From Eledone cirrhosa (taxonomy: Eukaryota), in NCBI GenBank assembly GCA_964016885.1, contig OZ024743.1, positions 52,018,001-52,082,000 on the forward strand: a stretch of 64,000 nucleotides of DNA. Direction: 5' to 3'. The notes beneath the pieces are model-generated. The model was not told the DNA's origin and made no database searches. It saw only the letters and a program-made list of their open reading frames with translations. This document shows positions 62,301-64,000 of the stretch, piece after piece; the first letter of the stretch is position 1, and each line of letters starts with the position of its first letter. Both the position numbers and the translations under genes were made by a program.

Positions 62301-63997
62301 ATCCTATCCATCCATCCACCCTTCCCATACTGACTAAGCAGTAAAAAGGAAAAAAAAATCCTGAAGGTGAAAATGAATCGTTTACCTTGCTGGCTACAAG
62401 GAAGAGGTCAACACTGCAAGTAGAGTCCATACTGAGGATTAATGTAACAAGTCCTCGCACCACAGGAAGGCATCTCTCTCGAGGCAATATTAAACTGGAG
62501 TCAGTATCTACATCAGAGCCATCCTTTACAATACTCAGGCAGCTGTCATCCTTCACCATTTTACGGAAATGTTCACCATCAGTCTTGCGGATCTGGAAGA
62601 CAATATTGACATAGGCATACAGTGTGGTACTGTGACATTTACCACTACATCATCGGTATTATAAATGCTATACATTAGAAAATTCAGTCTTTTGTAATGT
62701 AAAAAAAAAGAAGGAATGACATTTTAAACATGTGAACCCAGGTGAAAACTTACCTTGGATGCATATTGAGATATTTTTTTAAACTGTTGCTCATGTTGCT
62801 TAAAGAGAGCTTGAGCTTCAGAGCTCAGTCCCTGAGAGCATTTCTCAGCCTGTGATGCTAGAAACTTCTTCTTTGCTTCCAAATCATGAAATTTTTGTTT
62901 GTGCTGGAAGATTTTCTTTTGCAAGCATCTGCGATACGACTTCATCGACTGCTTTCCTTTGCTTTTGTTTGGCTGACCAGACATGTCACCTTGCAGGAAA
63001 CTCCAACGATTTGGTAGGTAAGTACCTGCCAGGGATAAACATGTAGTGATAGAGAAATGTGAGTGAGGGTAAGGAAGATGTTATTTTAACAACTTTCCAG
63101 TCATTCTACCAAAGCCAGCCTACAGTAAACACATGTTACTTTCTTTTTTACTTAAAAGCCTACACATTAGCAAAACATTCTGGCAAAGTACAATGCAGCA
63201 CTATGGCTTCATGTTAAATATTGAAGTCTTTAGTTTAGCTGACTGCAAATTTTAACAAAGATCTGTCCACTATAACAATACTATAAACATTTGAATTAAT
63301 CTGTTTTTAAATATTTTCTGTGCTAAATCATCACAGGTTATTAATGAGTTAAACAAATATATATATTTATATATTTTAATCAAGTTGTCAATTGGATGAA
63401 AATTAAAATGCTAAAAATTAAATCCTAAAAGACTAGACCACTTTAAAAAATTTTTCTTCTTTAATCAAAAAGGTGGCGAATTGTCAGGGGCCAGATTAAA
63501 TGCCTCGATATATATTCCAGCTTGTTGCACTCAGATCAAATTGCACACAAATCAACTTCACCTTTCATCCTTTTAAGATCAATAAATAAAGTACCAATTC
63601 CATACTGGGGTAAATTCTTCTTCTACCTCCCTTTATCACTCTCTCTCTCTCTCTCTGTCCTACCTTGGAAGAAATTAGTTATGTTCAGACGTAGAGAGGG
63701 ATGGGCTCCAGGTTAAATATGGCCAGGACATGCTGTGTGTCAGGATGGAACCCAGATGACTCAATCAGGAGTTAAGAGCTATTTCCTTGCTTTCCCTTAG
63801 TTAAGGAGGAAAGGGTAGTGCTTATGATCTTTTGCATGCTATTGCAGTTACCTGAGTGCACCAAGACTACCTACCATTGTCTTTATCCTTGCGAGAGTTC
63901 TTGTCATCATCTCCGTTGCCCCCGTTCTGCATAGTGTTATCAAGGTTACGGCAGAGAAACAACAGGATCCACCCTACAAGGGTTAAATCTACACTGC
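21575..63997 (-). CDS. BIRC6: BIRC6 (BRUCE/Apollon) giant E2/E3 IAP, C-terminal ~2780 aa in 36 exons; the 5' part, including the BIR domain, lies beyond the right edge
   Basis: The exons sum to 8345 nt with consistent phases. Diagnostic peptides: [72 protein letters not shown], and the UBC domain [16 protein letters not shown]. Confidence 0.96.
22686..23038 (-). mobile_element. Composite SINE: tRNA-like head, core and RTE-derived 3' tail
   Basis: A-box tggcttagtgg and B-box gttcaattc at the 5' end; the tail matches the 3' UTR of the RTE at 3880-4035; (TGA)n end. Confidence 0.75.
23078..24023 (+). mobile_element. RTE LINE 3' fragment in the last BIRC6 intron
   Basis: [12 protein letters not shown]...LHGSETWAL...; same subfamily as 11180-12572; (GAT)n tail. 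Confidence 0.9.
24608..24742 (-). CDS. BIRC6: BIRC6 penultimate coding exon
   Basis: aacag|[20 protein letters not shown]...HSTLALK|gttagt; absent from the ORF track. Confidence 0.92.
24776..28898. repeat. Very homogeneous 40-bp tandem array, ~103 copies
   Basis: ctccatactgtgccagaaggaaagactg(g/a)ctacacaacac, with no indels seen. Confidence 0.98.
29396..29584 (-). CDS. BIRC6: BIRC6 exon (UBC C-terminal part)
   Basis: tgcag|[22 protein letters not shown]...PCFKE|gtcagt. Confidence 0.95.
29825..30064 (-). CDS. BIRC6: BIRC6 exon with the UBC catalytic Cys (codon 29897-29899)
   Basis: ttcag|[19 protein letters not shown]...[14 protein letters not shown]...SSFLQ|gttggt. Confidence 0.96.
30135..31270. 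repeat. ~50-54-bp tandem array (~22 copies; length varies in an internal (TG)n)
   Basis: gttggctgagccagggttgaacacctgtagacaggacagagat(gt)n. Confidence 0.96.
31980..32194 (-). CDS. BIRC6: BIRC6 exon (start of UBC domain)
   Basis: ttcag|(E)TYEMV...[17 protein letters not shown]...RLDIMK|gtacag. Confidence 0.95.
32700..34200 (+). mobile_element. Internally deleted RTE LINE: APE endonuclease start fused to a degenerate RT region
   Basis: [34 protein letters not shown] at 33285-33450; [34 protein letters not shown]. Confidence 0.85.
34274..34378 (-). CDS. BIRC6: BIRC6 exon
   Basis: tccag|(E)GSSAD...[15 protein letters not shown] g|gtaagt. Confidence 0.87.
34771..34882. repeat. (GA)n/(GAGAGC)n microsatellite; another (GT)n(GA)n tract at 50320-50452
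   Basis: Directly visible. Confidence 0.95.
34902..35083 (-). CDS. BIRC6: BIRC6 exon
   Basis: accag|(K)SNKSK...[14 protein letters not shown]...SK g|gtaatg. Confidence 0.87.
35619..35977 (-). CDS. BIRC6: BIRC6 exon
   Basis: ccag|VIASYINP...[17 protein letters not shown]...CVDTYANRL aa|gtaagt. Confidence 0.93.
36258..37650 (-). mobile_element. Degenerate RTE LINE fragment containing an internally generated minisatellite
   Basis: [31 protein letters not shown]; LHGSETWAV. Confidence 0.85.
36627..37103. repeat. 47-bp tandem array (~10 copies) derived from RTE coding sequence
   Basis: ccatgtttcactaccatgtagcaccacatgtcctctgcagtcactgc is the reverse complement of [14 protein letters not shown] codons. 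Confidence 0.9.
38008..38196 (-). CDS. BIRC6: BIRC6 exon
   Basis: cacag|TMLAA...[12 protein letters not shown]...[10 protein letters not shown]|gtaagt. Confidence 0.9.
38369..38590. mobile_element. Second TTAA/CCC...GGG MITE family
   Basis: taacccattcattaccatatttctaatgaaa...aaaagggttaa; related copies at ~6100-6290, 9910-10110, 18020-18390, 43900-44115 and 53017-53233. Confidence 0.6.
38644..38858 (-). CDS. BIRC6: BIRC6 exon
   Basis: ctag|(G)HILTSP...TTPLTTDDG...QHE|gtaaaa. Confidence 0.92.
39698..39911 (-). CDS. BIRC6: BIRC6 exon
   Basis: cacag|TFYEP...[16 protein letters not shown]...VTDDGDG g|gtaagt. Confidence 0.92.
40004..40236 (-). CDS. BIRC6: BIRC6 exon (ends at a probable GC donor)
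   Basis: ttccag|(D)WPEA...[19 protein letters not shown]...DLNE|gcgagt. Confidence 0.8.
40773..40916 (-). CDS. BIRC6: BIRC6 exon
   Basis: ctcag|(G)[13 protein letters not shown]...RDL g|gtatgt. Confidence 0.83.
40995..41975. mobile_element. Cluster of RTE tails (+, two copies) tail-to-tail with an RTE 3' fragment (-, 41515-41975)
   Basis: [28 protein letters not shown] on -; (GAT)n(CAT)n junction at ~41500-41530. Confidence 0.8.
42384..42542 (-). CDS. BIRC6: BIRC6 exon
   Basis: tacag|(G)LLAKERREK...[10 protein letters not shown]...LYHNLLP g|gtaaat. Confidence 0.82.
43469..43591 (-). CDS. BIRC6: BIRC6 exon
   Basis: caacag|(D)HTGHMAQFW...FLSNAA g|gtaagt, 123 nt; different frame from the listed ORF. 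Confidence 0.75.
44120..44356 (-). CDS. BIRC6: BIRC6 exon
   Basis: ttcaag|(G)PISSG...[14 protein letters not shown]...HPCFGAG...IS g|gtattt. Confidence 0.85.
45130..45265 (-). CDS. BIRC6: BIRC6 exon
   Basis: tgcag|[11 protein letters not shown]...[11 protein letters not shown]...GS g|gtatgg. Confidence 0.87.
45845..46059 (-). CDS. BIRC6: BIRC6 exon
   Basis: aatag|(G)EGLTV...[17 protein letters not shown]...HK|gtaagt. Confidence 0.87.
46128..46420. repeat. ~23-30-bp minisatellite
   Basis: cacacacaag(t/c)ggcatccacact units. Confidence 0.9.
46618..47180 (-). CDS. BIRC6: BIRC6 exon
   Basis: tttcag|(R)AIYEWSTVL...MTDDSK...[13 protein letters not shown]...HNS g|gtaagt. Confidence 0.9.
47205..48880. 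repeat. 26-bp tandem array (~64 copies)
   Basis: gagagtacagtactccattgttaaag, with regional variant blocks. Confidence 0.96.
49344..49574 (-). CDS. BIRC6: BIRC6 exon
   Basis: ttgtag|(R)LKALIEWL...HCIAAILW...KLF ag|gtaagt. Confidence 0.87.
49908..50013 (-). CDS. BIRC6: BIRC6 exon
   Basis: gctag|(D)DTVSF...[14 protein letters not shown]...ag|gtaggt. Confidence 0.8.
50640..50878 (-). CDS. BIRC6: BIRC6 exon
   Basis: cacag|(S)[10 protein letters not shown]...GQP g|gtcagt. Confidence 0.85.
51763..52039 (-). CDS. BIRC6: BIRC6 exon
   Basis: actag|(T)[10 protein letters not shown]...GLSQILLMG...SKT ag|gtcagt. Confidence 0.88.
52069..52495. repeat. 53-bp tandem array (~6 full copies plus partial copies)
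   Basis: aacatcactactacaatacatcaaaacaaacattctatcattatcatgagaac. Confidence 0.95.
52755..52955 (-). CDS. BIRC6: BIRC6 exon
   Basis: tatag|(G)SISSSSPTA...[15 protein letters not shown]...|gtaagt. Confidence 0.9.
53270..53555 (+). mobile_element. 3' end of a different RTE-like LINE with a (TGA)n tail
   Basis: [39 protein letters not shown]. Confidence 0.75.
53683..53877 (-). CDS. BIRC6: BIRC6 exon
   Basis: ttcag|(G)[10 protein letters not shown]...NFAPL g|gtaagt. Confidence 0.87.
54759..55732 (-). CDS. BIRC6: BIRC6 large exon
   Basis: ctcag|(R)[14 protein letters not shown]...[13 protein letters not shown]...QM g|gtgagt. Confidence 0.9.
55908..56029 (-). CDS. BIRC6: BIRC6 exon
   Basis: ccag|[16 protein letters not shown]...LTAD ag|gtaaat. 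Confidence 0.85.
56345..56791 (-). CDS. BIRC6: BIRC6 exon
   Basis: ttcag|TTSSAGML...[10 protein letters not shown]...RYQQ|gtaact. Confidence 0.85.
57183..57335 (-). CDS. BIRC6: BIRC6 exon
   Basis: cttcag|VMLSHQM...SPAQ|gtaggt, 153 nt. Confidence 0.78.
57390..57870. repeat. 65-bp tandem array (~5 copies plus diverged end copies)
   Basis: ccctctacagagaccatcttatataacaactgtaatagtgtcatctataactacataacattgct. Confidence 0.93.
58060..58280. repeat. ~48-bp tandem repeat within an RTE/SINE-tail copy
   Basis: tattaggtgtattttatcaaggcaccaacactaccactttacagagtg units. Confidence 0.85.
58369..58522 (-). CDS. BIRC6: BIRC6 exon
   Basis: gacag|g VYYPDEK...[17 protein letters not shown]|gtaagt. Confidence 0.8.
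58512..58899. repeat. 64-bp tandem array (6 copies) overlapping the 5' end of a BIRC6 exon
   Basis: taataaaccctgtcaacataacatgaactcttgttaccataatgtacagtgtcaacataacagg. Confidence 0.95.
58918..59110. mobile_element. Mariner-derived MITE (193 bp) with ~30-bp TIRs and TA TSD
   Basis: ta|cgagggtcagctgaaaagttcataggctgac...gtcagcctatgaacttttcagccgaccctca|ta; the right end matches 14240-14317. Confidence 0.9.
59735..59957 (-). CDS. BIRC6: BIRC6 exon
   Basis: ttttag|(E)SELGQ...PEALS tc|gtaagt. Confidence 0.78.
60565..60618 (+). ncRNA. Type-I hammerhead ribozyme-like motif (antisense, in a BIRC6 intron)
   Basis: Stem I atatatctt/aaggtatat; CUGAUGA at 60574; weak stem II; GAAA at 60598; stem III aauugauu; UUC site. 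Confidence 0.5.
60980..61126 (-). CDS. BIRC6: BIRC6 exon
   Basis: ctacag|(G)ERLYP...IEAT g|gtttgt. Confidence 0.78.
61504..61687 (-). CDS. BIRC6: BIRC6 exon
   Basis: cag|[11 protein letters not shown]...[19 protein letters not shown] g|gtaagc. Confidence 0.88.
62386..62592 (-). CDS. BIRC6: BIRC6 exon
   Basis: ttccag|IRKTDGEHF...VDLFLVASK|gtaaac. Confidence 0.85.
62754..63025 (-). CDS. BIRC6: BIRC6 exon
   Basis: cag|(G)[12 protein letters not shown]...QYASK|gtaagt. Confidence 0.8.
63875..63997 (-). CDS. BIRC6: BIRC6 exon (first in window; 5' boundary at the window edge is uncertain)
   Basis: [19 protein letters not shown]...KDKDN g|gtaggt. Confidence 0.7.
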
Positions 63998-64000
63998 CTG

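Noticed and set aside
63845-63935. Apparent frameshift or alternative donor at 63851 in the first BIRC6 exon
   Set aside because: On recounting the C5 run, the frame is open to a good phase-1 donor at 63874.

Overview
Eukaryotic, AT-rich, intron- and repeat-rich animal DNA. The SINE, RTE and microsatellite complement resembles an octopod cephalopod; this is an inference and was not database-checked. There are two convergent spliced genes. (1) LRR1/PPIL5 on +, with 4 coding exons at 12638-17152 giving 407 aa. (2) The C-terminal ~2780 codons of BIRC6/BRUCE/Apollon on -, with 36 hand-assembled, phase-consistent exons from the right edge to the stop at 21575, including the UBC domain. The rest is RTE-clade LINE fragments, an old R4/Dong-like LINE split by an RTE, a decayed mariner and its MITE, TTAA-flanked MITEs, tRNA-derived SINEs and many tandem arrays. 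Two observations stand out. First, several BIRC6 intronic tandem arrays are amplified copies of the adjacent exon/3'-splice-site junction, and some retain dozens of decoy acceptors; single copies of exon tails or donors also occur. Second, there are minimal type-I hammerhead ribozyme folds of the Penelope-like kind, one inside a ~310-bp palindrome. No prokaryotic system or CRISPR is present. All alignments and folds were done by eye.
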